This document shows, in pieces, positions 29,726 to 40,100 of a DNA stretch of 64,000 nucleotides. Location: the IMG/VR virus record IMGVR_UViG_2639762884_000001; one strand, 5' to 3'. This stretch comes from a virus. Its lineage: Duplodnaviria; Heunggongvirae; Uroviricota; Caudoviricetes. Positions within the stretch are counted from its first letter, which is position 1, and each line of letters begins with the position of its first letter. The position numbers and the translations under genes are program-made. The notes below the pieces were generated by a model that was given only the letters and a program-made list of their open reading frames with translations, did not search any database and was not told the origin of the DNA.

Positions 29726-29995
29726 GTGTCGCCATTAGAGCTACTGAACGTTCCTCTCACGATGTTCTGGATGCTCAGTCGCAATATAGACCGTCTGCGT
29801 GCGGAAGAGGATGTCCGCAACTTACAAGTCGCTCGTGCGTCCCAGGCGGATGGCGAGGCTGTGAAGGCGTTCATGGAGGGTTTGCAACTCAGGATTGGAA
29901 GACCAGTCGTAACAGATAAAGTCTACGATCCAAGCCAGGATAAGGCAGACCCTGACGCCAAAGAGCAACTGATGCAAATATTTGGCAGAGGATGA
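29726..29995 (+). CDS. hypothetical protein in the chaperone position (gpT-like?)
   Basis: ORF in the -1 frame relative to 29328..29645 but separated from it by stops; ends at the tape-measure start. Confidence 0.35.
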   Translation: MSPLELLNVPLTMFWMLSRNIDRLRAEEDVRNLQVARASQADGEAVKAFMEGLQLRIGRPVVTDKVYDPSQDKADPDAKEQLMQIFGRG

Positions 29996-30002
29996 CAAGG
30001 GA

Positions 30003-33000
30003 ATGTCACAAAACGTAGAGTTTATCCTGTCGCTGGAAGACAAACAGTTTACAGCGTCAATCGATCGTGCGGGGAAACTGCTTACTCGATTTGGTGAGCA
30101 GGTAACAAAGCCTGCTCAAAAAATCCAAACCTTTGAACGCTCTTTGGGTTCGGTCGCCCGTATCATTGGCGTTCTGGAAAGCAAGCTCGATTCTACGGCA
30201 GATAAACTACAGGATGTAGCTGCCGGTTTTGAGCTTGCTTCAGATGCTACGCGTAAAATGCGTGGCAACATCACCAGCCTCAATTCTGGCCTTAAAGCCC
30301 TGATTGAGCGCGTCGATACGACAACTTCTTCAGTAGATAAACTCACCGCGTCATTACGTAAAGTGCAATCAGAGCTAAATGATTTCTCTGATTGGGCGAC
30401 CTATGCAAGCAAAAGCGCAAGCCGCTTTGGTACGGAGGTCAAAGAAGCCTCTGTGTCCGTGAGTGGCATGAATACGCGCCTTAATACCACGACGAAGCGA
30501 CTCAGTAATTGGGGTGTCACAACGAGTCAGGCTGCCGAGGGACTGAAAAAGGTTCGTGAGCAGATGGACGAAGTTATCGGACGTCAGCAACTGATTAGCA
30601 AGCCGGTACGCGTTCGTACATCTGGAAGTGGCGATGGTGGTAGCGGGCGGCGTAGCGGCGCTTCTGGCCATAGCGGTAAAAGTAACGAAGGAGGTATGTT
30701 CTCTGGCCTTCGTGGCAACATTTTCCTGCTTGGCGAGATCGGAGATGCAGCAAGAACGGTTACTGACATCATGTTTGGGTGGCAGAAGCCTATTGTTGAA
30801 GCTGCGGCCGAAATGGAACGTATGCGGGTGATGCTTCGAGGGTTGAATAAGGAGAAGTCCAACCCGGGCCAGGCTGCCGCTGATGATATGAAGTACATCG
30901 TAGACATGGCTCAAAATGCGCCGTTCGCGATGCAGGCGTTAACAGACTCCTTCGTGAAGTTTCGTTCTGCTGGCTTAGATCCAACCGATGGTTCTCTGAA
31001 GGCGCTGGTGGACTCCGTTGCTCGTTTTGGTGGTGATAGTGAGCTGTTGAAACGTGCGGCTGTGGCCGTTCAGCAGATGTCCGGTAAGGGCGTTGTGTCA
31101 ATGGAAGAGCTACGTCAGCAATTAGGTGAAGCCGTTCCTAACGCGATGCAGGCAATGGCAGACGCCGCAGGCATCACTATGGGGGAACTGACTAAAGCCG
31201 TTGCCAGCGGTACGGTTGAGGCAAAACAGGCGTTGTCTCTGATGTTTGTTGGTCTGCGTGCGGAGAATGAGAACGCAGCGAAAGACATGATGCAAACCTA
31301 CACAGGTGCGCTGGCGCAACTTCAGACGTCATTCACGTTATTTGCTGATCGGGTTGGTCAGGCCGGATATCTGGATTCTCTATCGAAGGGGATGAAAGAA
31401 CTGGCTTCAATCATGAATAGCGCCGAAGGGATTTCGTTTGCCAATTCTTTAGGTTCGGGGTTAACAACGGCAATCGATGGGTTGCGTCAGCTTGCTCAAT
31501 GGTTAGCAAAGAACCAAGAGCTGGTAATTAATCTCGGTAAGGTCGTGGCCGCGATGGTTGCGTTCAAACTGATGCGAGCAGGGATCATGGGGGTAGTTGG
31601 CGCTGGGAGCCAGATGGTTAGCACCTTTGCCACGATGGCGACCGCCATACAGACTCCATTTAACCTCGGCGCTACAGCAGTAACCCGATTCAATCGTGCG
31701 GCACGTATGGGGCTGGCTCCGATCCCCTCTCTTATTTTCGCCATCCGTGGGGCGATTACGGGGCTTAAAGGCGCTTTTGCTGGATTAACGGCGTTCATTG
31801 CAGCAAACCCTATAGGGGCAGCATTTACAGTTGCCACTGTAGCTGTTGCTGGCCTAATCACGTACATGACCATGCTCCGCAGCGAAACTTCAAAGGTCGT
31901 TGACGAGATTAGGAAAATACCAGAGGCGATGACGGCGGCCAAACGTGCACAAATGGCCGACCGCGCAGAAAAGCTCGAAAAGCAGATTCTTGCTGATCAA
32001 CGAGCATTAAAAACTGGTGAGGGTGTTAATTACGTATCTAACTCTGCCGGTGTTATTACTCACAAAGAGTCGAAGGCTGACATCGAAGCACGCCTGAAAA
32101 AAAATCAGGAAGAGTATCAAAAGATAACCGGCACGATAGCTCTTGGTGACGGCGCTGTAGCAAAGCGTTTGGCTAAAGAGGCTGCCGAATCTCAGATTGA
32201 GAAAATTCGAGCGGAAAACCAGATTTTTGCGGCAACATTCGTGAAAGCCCGGCAGGAGGCTCTGGACAAGATCCAGAAAATCAATGATGACGGTTCACTT
32301 TCAGATGACGAAAAGAACAAGCTATTGGCACCGTTACGTGAAACGGTAAACAAAAGCTATCTGGAGCCTGCGCAAAAACTGGTTGATTCACTTTCTTCTC
32401 GTAAGAATGCCACCGAGAAGCAAATAGCGACTCTTAATGATCAGCTTGAAAAAGCCAAAAAGGATGGAAATACCGAGCAAATCCAGAAACTGCAAGGCAG
32501 TATCCGTGGTTATCAGGAGCATTTGGAAGCCGTTGCTCAGGAGCTGACTCAGGCAGAGTTCGAGAGAGATAACGCTGCCAAAACTGGTAAGGGCGTAATG
32601 TCAAACCAGGGGACTGTTCTTGGGTTAGGTACAACTGATAAAGCTGCTCAGAAGGCGTTGGCGCAATATATGCGAAACCAGATGGATTCTGCGACTTATC
32701 AGCGTACTTTGCCTGACGGCACTCCGATGATGGACTTCGAAGGTAAGCCGATTATTGGGCCTAAACAACTCAAGACGCAGCTTAATTTGCAGAAAGCATC
32801 CAGCGCCAGCTCTCTGGAGAAAATGAGCGATGAAGAGCGTGCCGCAGCCATTGCTGCACTAACTAAAGCTCGTGAACAGGATGCAGCAGCTGCCGAGAAA
32901 GCAGCCCAACGATCAGCTAACGCCTCGCAGCGTGCGGCCAAGAAGGAACAGGCAGCGCAACAGAAACTGGCAGCCGGATACCAGAAGGCTCTGGACAAAG

Positions 33001-34574
33001 CCGATCAGCTTATGGGGCAAATGGGTGAAAGCTCTAAGGCTACGGTATCGTTTGATCAGTCTCTTCGCGATACAACGAAATCGCTGACAGATTTGGCTAA
33101 TGCGGTTCCTAACGAGTTCATCACTCAAGAGATGATCGACAAGGCGAAAAAACGTCTTGAGGACCTCAAAAATGCGACACCTGAATATCGCGAGATGTTT
33201 AATCGCCGCAATGTTGAGCAGATGATCTCCACTTGGGCACCGGAGGCGGATTCCATTATTAGTGCTGGCTATACGCCGTCTCGCGAAGAGAAAGTTGCTG
33301 ATTTCGAAGACACCTACAACCGCAATCTCAAAGCGTTGATAGAACTTCGTGATAAGGCGTCTGATCCTAAAGTCGTGGCGCTTTATACAAAGAAAATCAA
33401 TCAACTGATTGCTGCTGGCAATACCGCGCTTATTAAAGAGACGGGGACTGCGACGCAGAAGTTGGCACTGGAATACGAAAACTTGGCAGAGCAGATCGAA
33501 AGCACCTGGACTGATTTGTTTAGTGGCTTAACTGATGTCCTGACTGATTTCGTTATTAACGGGAAGATGAGCTTCTCCAGCCTATCTCAGTCCATTTTGA
33601 AAGATATCACCAATATGGTCGTGAAGTCGCAAATCACGCTGCCTCTAATGAACATGTTGGGGATGGGAACCACCGCAGCTGGTAGTTCACAGAGTGGCAA
33701 TTTGCTCACTGGAGTTGCTTCTGCCGTTGCCAATCAAGGTGTACGAATGGGCAACACTGTTAATGGCGACAAGTCGGTAGGAGAAGCCACGAAGGAGACG
33801 TCCAGTTCGGTAACTGGATTGGGGCAAACAACACAGCAGACCACCAGCGCAATTGGCACAGCAACAAATGCGATTGGTAGCTGGGTATCGGGGCTATTTG
33901 ATAGCACCGAAGCCAAAGATGCTGAGACAAAAGCAGTGAAGGACTCCATCTTCTCGATGCAGAACCTCAGCTCTGTTACCGGCGCTCTGTCTGCCGCGTT
34001 TGCAATGCTTGGAGCTAATGCTTCCGGCTCTGGTAATAAGTGGTTGAATTTCGGCGCGACAGTTGCATCTGGTTTGGTTTCAGTATGGGCTGGTGGTGGA
34101 TTCGATGGATTGATGTCCGGTTCTTCTGGCTCAACTTCCGGGTTCAACAATCTGACCAGTTCTGCTGCCGATGGCACGAATGGTATTCCTGCAATTCCGA
34201 AGTTTGCAAATGGTGGCATATTCGGAAAAGACGGCGTGATCCCGCTCCGGGCATACCAGAAAGGCGGTATCGCCAACTCACCTCAATTGGCGTTGTTTGG
34301 GGAAGGCGATATGAATGAGGCGTATGTTCCATTGCCTGATGGTCGAACAATCCCTGTAACGCTCAGTACCGATGGTATGAGTGGAGGAGGAAATGTTCTT
34401 TCTCCGGTATCAATTGAGATCAACGTCCATAGTGACGGTAGCACAACTGAATCCGGCGATACAGAAAGCATATGGAACAATGCCGCTCAACGGATGAAAG
34501 CAATCGCGCTTGAGACTATCGCTCAAGAGAAACGCCCTGGCGGATCACTCAACCCAAACACTCAACGTAACTAA
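30003..34574 (+). CDS. tail tape measure protein
   Basis: About 1520 aa, helical Ala/Gln/Lys-rich with hydrophobic central segments; position before the M/L/K/I/J homologues. The ATG at 30003 is preferred over the track TTG at 29982. Confidence 0.9.
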   Translation: MSQNVEFILSLEDKQFTASIDRAGKLLTRFGEQVTKPAQKIQTFERSLGSVARIIGVLESKLDSTADKLQDVAAGFELASDATRKMRGNITSLNSGLKALIERVDTTTSSVDKLTASLRKVQSELNDFSDWATYASKSASRFGTEVKEASVSVSGMNTRLNTTTKRLSNWGVTTSQAAEGLKKVREQMDEVIGRQQLISKPVRVRTSGSGDGGSGRRSGASGHSGKSNEGGMFSGLRGNIFLLGEIGDAARTVTDIMFGWQKPIVEAAAEMERMRVMLRGLNKEKSNPGQAAADDMKYIVDMAQNAPFAMQALTDSFVKFRSAGLDPTDGSLKALVDSVARFGGDSELLKRAAVAVQQMSGKGVVSMEELRQQLGEAVPNAMQAMADAAGITMGELTKAVASGTVEAKQALSLMFVGLRAENENAAKDMMQTYTGALAQLQTSFTLFADRVGQAGYLDSLSKGMKELASIMNSAEGISFANSLGSGLTTAIDGLRQLAQWLAKNQELVINLGKVVAAMVAFKLMRAGIMGVVGAGSQMVSTFATMATAIQTPFNLGATAVTRFNRAARMGLAPIPSLIFAIRGAITGLKGAFAGLTAFIAANPIGAAFTVATVAVAGLITYMTMLRSETSKVVDEIRKIPEAMTAAKRAQMADRAEKLEKQILADQRALKTGEGVNYVSNSAGVITHKESKADIEARLKKNQEEYQKITGTIALGDGAVAKRLAKEAAESQIEKIRAENQIFAATFVKARQEALDKIQKINDDGSLSDDEKNKLLAPLRETVNKSYLEPAQKLVDSLSSRKNATEKQIATLNDQLEKAKKDGNTEQIQKLQGSIRGYQEHLEAVAQELTQAEFERDNAAKTGKGVMSNQGTVLGLGTTDKAAQKALAQYMRNQMDSATYQRTLPDGTPMMDFEGKPIIGPKQLKTQLNLQKASSASSLEKMSDEERAAAIAALTKAREQDAAAAEKAAQRSANASQRAAKKEQAAQQKLAAGYQKALDKADQLMGQMGESSKATVSFDQSLRDTTKSLTDLANAVPNEFITQEMIDKAKKRLEDLKNATPEYREMFNRRNVEQMISTWAPEADSIISAGYTPSREEKVADFEDTYNRNLKALIELRDKASDPKVVALYTKKINQLIAAGNTALIKETGTATQKLALEYENLAEQIESTWTDLFSGLTDVLTDFVINGKMSFSSLSQSILKDITNMVVKSQITLPLMNMLGMGTTAAGSSQSGNLLTGVASAVANQGVRMGNTVNGDKSVGEATKETSSSVTGLGQTTQQTTSAIGTATNAIGSWVSGLFDSTEAKDAETKAVKDSIFSMQNLSSVTGALSAAFAMLGANASGSGNKWLNFGATVASGLVSVWAGGGFDGLMSGSSGSTSGFNNLTSSAADGTNGIPAIPKFANGGIFGKDGVIPLRAYQKGGIANSPQLALFGEGDMNEAYVPLPDGRTIPVTLSTDGMSGGGNVLSPVSIEINVHSDGSTTESGDTESIWNNAAQRMKAIALETIAQEKRPGGSLNPNTQRN

Positions 34575-34616
34575 CTATCGACTGCCCCGACCGGGGCAGT
34601 CTCACAAGGATGTGAG

Positions 34617-34952
34617 ATGGAAAGACAAACGTTTAATTGGTATCCAGATTACGAATCTGAAAAAAGCGTAAAACCGAATGTAACGGTACTTAATTTTGGT
34701 GATGACTACGAGCAGCGACAGGCTCAAGGTCTTAATCGTATTAAAGAAGAATGGTCGTTAACCTTTACCAGATCATACAACGAAATTAATGCAATCGATG
34801 ACTTCCTGACTGAGCGAGCAGGCGTTGAGTCGTTCTATTGGGTTAATCCAAGAGGAAAACGGATTGTAGTTGTATGTGACAGTCATACGGTCAAGCGATA
34901 TCAGGGGTACTGTGTCTTAACAGCTACATTCAGACAAGTATTTGAGGCTTAA
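34617..34952 (+). CDS. minor tail protein, lambda gpM-like
   Basis: 111 aa; pattern FGDDY...R...GLN... similar to lambda M (FGDGYSQRAPAGLN) by recall. Confidence 0.8.
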   Translation: MERQTFNWYPDYESEKSVKPNVTVLNFGDDYEQRQAQGLNRIKEEWSLTFTRSYNEINAIDDFLTERAGVESFYWVNPRGKRIVVVCDSHTVKRYQGYCVLTATFRQVFEA

Positions 34953-34980
34953 GTATCTAGATAAGTAAGTACTAATTTAC
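34948..34980. promoter_or_regulatory. tandem class B motifs (CTTAAGTATCTAGATAAGTAAGTACTAATTTAC)
   Basis: Intergenic spacer between the M-like and L-like genes. Confidence 0.45.
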
Positions 34981-35034
34981 TATCATTGTGGCGCTGACAG
35001 GATGTTAGCGCCTACTTATTTCAAGGATGAAACA

Positions 35035-35733
35035 ATGGGAATTAAAGCTGATATTCAGAGCTTATCTCCCTCTGCACTCATTGAGTTGTTCGTACTGGAT
35101 ATGTCGAACACAACTTCAGGGGGGAAGCTATTCTTCCACGCCGGAACAAACGAACTGATGCAACCGGTCGTCTGGCAAGGAGTGACATACGAGCCGTGGC
35201 CAATCAAAGCATCAGGCTTTGACAAAACTGGCCAGGGAACGTTGCCACGTCCAAAAATTCAGGTATCGAACTTTGCCGGAACTGTCTCTGCGGAAGTTCA
35301 GGCAAACGACGATCTTGTTGGCTGCCGCATTATTCGCAAGATGACGCTGGCTCGCTTCCTCGATGCCGTTAATTTTAAAGACGGCAACCCAACAGCAGAT
35401 CCAAACCAACATTTCCCGGATGAAATGTGGTTTATCGAACAGAAAACTCTCGAAACTCATCAGGTTGTCGAGTTTGAATTGTCCAGTGTGTTCGATTTGA
35501 TGGGGGTGCAACTGCCGTATCGTCAGATCATTAAAAACACCTGCCCGTGGAAATACCGAGGGCCAGAATGCGGCTATACCGGTCCATATTTCGACAAAAA
35601 TAACCAGCAGACGTCTATGTCTGGTGCGGATTACTGCACAAAACGTTATGACGCCTGTAATGCGCGTCGGAATTATTTTGCCGACGGTGTGATCCATTTT
35701 GGCGGATTTATTGGAGCTACGCGGTATGGGTAA
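35035..35733 (+). CDS. minor tail protein, lambda gpL-like
   Basis: RFLDAVNF and C-terminal Cys cluster CPWKYRGPECGY...C..RYDAC match lambda L motifs by recall; ATG at 35035 with AAGGA RBS. Confidence 0.9.
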   Translation: MGIKADIQSLSPSALIELFVLDMSNTTSGGKLFFHAGTNELMQPVVWQGVTYEPWPIKASGFDKTGQGTLPRPKIQVSNFAGTVSAEVQANDDLVGCRIIRKMTLARFLDAVNFKDGNPTADPNQHFPDEMWFIEQKTLETHQVVEFELSSVFDLMGVQLPYRQIIKNTCPWKYRGPECGYTGPYFDKNNQQTSMSGADYCTKRYDACNARRNYFADGVIHFGGFIGATRYG

Positions 35734-36523
35734 TAAAGCAATCCCTGAGCTTGGCTCTGACGTTATGCAGCAAATCTATCTCTGCGCCATAAATCGCTAC
35801 CCTAATGAAGCGTGTGGCTTTCTGGTTAGAACTAATGGCGACAAATATCGCTTTATGGAAGCGCGGAATGTTTCGGAGAACCCGCAGAACACTTTTGTAA
35901 TGCACGTTGACGACATTATGGCGGCAGAGGATGCGGGTGATGTTATCGCAATCTGGCATTCACATACTGATGAATCAGCAGAAGCATCTGATGCCGATCG
36001 TGCAGGCTGCGAAGCGACGGAAGTTCCGTGGATGATTCTGGCTATTCGCAAGAATGTTGAGGGAGATGCCCCTTTCCATTTTAGCGAGATGAATGTGATC
36101 ACACCTGATGGTTTCGAAATGCCATACCTGGGCAGACCGTATGTATTTGGCGTATTCGATTGCTGGATGTTGTGTCGGGACTATTTGAAGCGTGAGTTTA
36201 ACGTCGAACTAAACCCGAACGCACACCTGCATATTCCATCGTGGTACACCGGCGATAACGACATTCTCGACCAGAACTACCGAAACGAAGGATTGGTACG
36301 GCTTGCGCCCGGAACAGAACCTCAACGTGGGGACATCTTCTTTATCCAATACGGGAAAATGCCCGACCACTGCGCGGTTTATATCGGCGATGGAATGATT
36401 CTTCATCACCAGATCGACCGCCTTAGTTGTCGTGCTTATTACGGCGGAATGTATCAGAAACATACGACGCATCACTTGCGTCACAGAGACTTGCTCAAGG
36501 GAGATGAGACGTGTCTGAGTTAG
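35726..36523 (+). CDS. tail assembly protein, lambda gpK-like (MPN/JAMM plus NlpC/P60)
   Basis: NEACGF...WHSHT JAMM-like motif and a C-terminal Cys/His papain-like region; ATG at 35726. Confidence 0.85.
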   Translation: MGNKAIPELGSDVMQQIYLCAINRYPNEACGFLVRTNGDKYRFMEARNVSENPQNTFVMHVDDIMAAEDAGDVIAIWHSHTDESAEASDADRAGCEATEVPWMILAIRKNVEGDAPFHFSEMNVITPDGFEMPYLGRPYVFGVFDCWMLCRDYLKREFNVELNPNAHLHIPSWYTGDNDILDQNYRNEGLVRLAPGTEPQRGDIFFIQYGKMPDHCAVYIGDGMILHHQIDRLSCRAYYGGMYQKHTTHHLRHRDLLKGDETCLS

Positions 36524-37104
36524 TTCATGTGCAGCTTGGCGGCCCTATGGCCAAACATTTTGGCCGCCACTGGCATCTAAAGGTGCGCAATACAAAACAG
36601 GCTCTGGATTTAATTGAGGCCAACAAGCCTGGGTTTAAAGCATGGATGAAGCGCAATATCAAAACCTATGACCGTTACCACATCCAGATCACCAATAAAC
36701 AGGGCCACAAGTGGTCTGTTGACGAAAGTGAATATCAGATGATGGGGCAGTCTGACAACATTGCCAAAATCCGCATTACACCTGTTCCGCGAGGAAGCGG
36801 TGGATCTGCTTTTGGGTGGTTTCAGACGGTAGTAGGGGCCGCTTTGTTGGTTGTATCGGCGGTAGTGATGCCTGCTTTAGCACCTCTCGGTTTGTCACTG
36901 ATGATGGGCGGCATATCACAAATCATATCGCCGCAAGCCACTAACGAAAGTGTGAGACAGGCAGATAACTCGAACTCTTATTATTTCGACGGCCCTCAAA
37001 ATACAGAAAACCAGGGCAACCCAGTACAACTTATCTATGGCGAGGAAATTCTGGTTGGCTCACAGGTTGTGAGTTCTTCAATCACGATTGACCAGCTAAT
37101 GTAA
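36511..37104 (+). CDS. tail assembly protein, lambda gpI-like
   Basis: Central hydrophobic Gly/Ala-rich stretch and C-terminal LIYGEEILVGSQVVS resembling lambda I VLYGEMRVGSRVVS; GTG start with AAGGGA RBS. Confidence 0.8.
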   Translation: MSELVHVQLGGPMAKHFGRHWHLKVRNTKQALDLIEANKPGFKAWMKRNIKTYDRYHIQITNKQGHKWSVDESEYQMMGQSDNIAKIRITPVPRGSGGSAFGWFQTVVGAALLVVSAVVMPALAPLGLSLMMGGISQIISPQATNESVRQADNSNSYYFDGPQNTENQGNPVQLIYGEEILVGSQVVSSSITIDQLM

Positions 37105-37121
37105 ACAAGGATTTTTTGAAC

Positions 37122-40100
37122 ATGGAACAGTTCAAGAAGAAAAAGCTACCGCTGTTTATTGCCGGTGCGGGTGGTAAAAAAAGCAGCAAAAGCTCCAGCC
37201 GTACACCGGTTGAAGCCGACGATACCGTAAATTCTCGTGCAATGGCCGCTATCCTCGATCTTCTTGGGGAAGGGGTAATTGGCGGCTTAGTAAATGGCGC
37301 AAGATCTATTTTTATCGACGATCTGCCGATTGTAAATGAAGACGGTTCCTCCAACTTCAGCGGAATCACATGGGATTTTCGCGACGGTTCGCAAGACCAA
37401 ACTCCAATGTCTGGCTTTGATTTCGTTGAAACGCCTAAATCCGTCAATATCCAGTTAAAAAAAACACATTATGTAACGGTTTCAATCGATAACGATGAAG
37501 CTGATCGGGTTCGTGTCATCATGAAGTTTCCTTCTTTGCGAAGCATAGATAAAAAAACTGGTGACACGAACGGTACGACTGTTGAGTACAAGTTCCAGAT
37601 AGCAAATGGCGACTCAACATTTGTAGATGTGGTCGCGGAAGGTGAAAAAAGCGTTGGCATTAAGCTAACAGCAAAGAAGACCGGCGTTTATTACCGTAGC
37701 TACGAGCTGAAGCTGCCTAAGCCTGGACGCGCATACAAGGTTCGTGTAGTCCGTATTACCGATGATAACAGTAGCCAGTATCTCTATAACGATACATGGG
37801 TGGATTCAATCGGGGAAATTGTCGATACACCGATGAACTATCCAAACTCTGTTTTGGTTGGATTGAAGGTAAACTCTGAGCAATTCGGCAGCACCATGCC
37901 ATCTCGCTCTTATCTGGTGCGTGGCCTAAAAATTCGAGTACCTTCAAACTATAACGAGTCCAGTAACACTTACGCTGGGGTATGGGATGGCACTTTTAAG
38001 CTGTTGTCTTCTTCGAACCCCGCGTGGATTCTCTTTGATTTGCTGACCAATGCTCGATATGGCCTTGGTCAGTATGTGTCGGAATCTATGATTGACCTTG
38101 GCCAGTTGTACCAGATTGGTCGATATTGTGACGAAGAGGTCGATGATGGCTTTGGTGGCAAAGAGAAACGCTTTGCAATCAATACGCAGATCACCAGTCG
38201 ACAGGACGCATACCGACTAATTCAGGATATTGCTGGAGCATTCCGCGGCATGGTGTTTTGGGCTGGTGGGATGGTTAACATCATGCAGGATAGCCCATCA
38301 GATCCGGTAATGATGTTTACCAACTCTAACGTCAAAGATGGATTGTTTACCTATAAAGGTTCTGCGCGTAAAGATCGCCCATCCGTTGCGCTCGTAACCT
38401 ACAACAACAAGGAGGACGGTTATAAGCAAAACATCGAGTACGTTGAAGATCAGGACGCAATGCGCCGTTATGGTGAGCGTAAGACAGAAGTCGTAGCATT
38501 TGGCTGTACAAGCCGAGGGCAGGCTCACCGAGTTGGTTTGTGGCTTTTATATACCGCCAGAATGGAGTCGGATGTAATTACATTTACTGCCGGCTTAGAC
38601 GCGTCATTTCTGATGCCTGGTGAAACCGTTCTGATTCAGAACAAATATCGCGCAGGCAAACGTAACTCAGGTCGAATTGTGGCGTTTACCAAAAACAGCG
38701 TCACACTCGATGCGCCTGTTTCGTTAGCCAAAGGCGGCTGCTTTATTCGAATACTGAATCAGGAAGGCAAAATCGTTGAACGCGATGTTCTTGAAACTGG
38801 CGAAAATATAACAAAAGTTACGTTTTCAAAATCCCTGTCTTCGGCTGAAACGCCTGTTTTGAACGGCGTCTGGACTATTACAGAACCAGACCTCGAACCT
38901 ATGCGCGTTCGCATCGTTAACATCGCGCAGGGGGAAACGCCGGGTAGCTTTGACATCACCGCTGTTGAGAACAATCCGTCTAAATATGAGGCGATCGACA
39001 ATGGTGCAACGCTTATCCCGCAAAATACGACGGTATTGGACCCGACTTACTCCAAGCCGTCTAATTTGCAAATCACCGAAGGGACTTATCTCTCAAGCCC
39101 TGGCAACCTGTCAGTAAAACTGACTGCAACATGGGAAGGGAAATCTCCAGAGTATTGGATCAGTTGGCGACGTTCTGATGAAAACAATGTATCGAACTGG
39201 CAATCGGCGCGTGTAACCGAAGAGCAATACGAAATCGTTAATGTTGCGGAGAATGGACGCTACGACTTCCAGCTGTATGCGGTTTCATTCAACGGTAAAA
39301 AAACAGAGATTATCAGTACCGTTTATCAGGTGCTGGGCACAATGACACCGCCAGATGCCCCAACGTCATTAACGGCCGTTGGAGACTATCGTAATGTGAT
39401 ACTGAATTGGGTTAATCCAGATTCGGTAGACCTTGATCACATTAATGTTTACGCATCCCAGACCAACAATCTGGATACGGCGAAACTGATCGCAGAGTCT
39501 GCAAGCACCACCTTTACACATGCTGGTCTTGGGGATAGCGAAACGTGGTATTACTGGGTTCGAGCATCGAACAAGCGAGGTATGTTAAGTCCTCCGAACT
39601 CAAACTTGGGTACAGAGGCGACAACTCGCGATGTACTGTCGTTCCTGACTGGCAAAATTACATCTTCCGAGCTTGGTCAGGCTCTGCTTGAGGACATCAA
39701 CAGCAAAGCCTCTCAAGAAGCAGTTGACGAGTTAAATGAGCATATCAACCAGAGCGTCGAATCTTTGGAGGGGTCGGTAAACGACGTTAAGGAAGATATA
39801 GCTGAATTAGATAAGCAGTTCAGCGATAACCTCGCGGATTTTGAAATAAAATTCAACGAGCGTAGCGATGCTTTGGAGAACGCACAAACCGAGCTTAAAG
39901 GTGAGGTTTCGGCAACGATCGACAAGGTCAATGAAGCGTTTGAAAAAATTGATGCTACTGATGCTGCAATTGTTGAAATCGAAAACACCGTATCTGAACA
40001 CGATAAAGCTCTCGCTAATACAGTCGAGGCAATAAAGGCTGCAAGAGATGAAGCGGCGGCTCTTATTGCTAAGGAAAGCGAGGCTCGTGTTGAAGGCGAT

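Noticed and set aside
30116-34480. Multiple antisense and alternate-frame ORFs inside the tape-measure gene (for example 30375..30914, 31496..31942, 32913..33404, 33734..34276)
   Set aside because: Embedded in a long continuous coding frame with typical tape-measure composition; no independent start signals.
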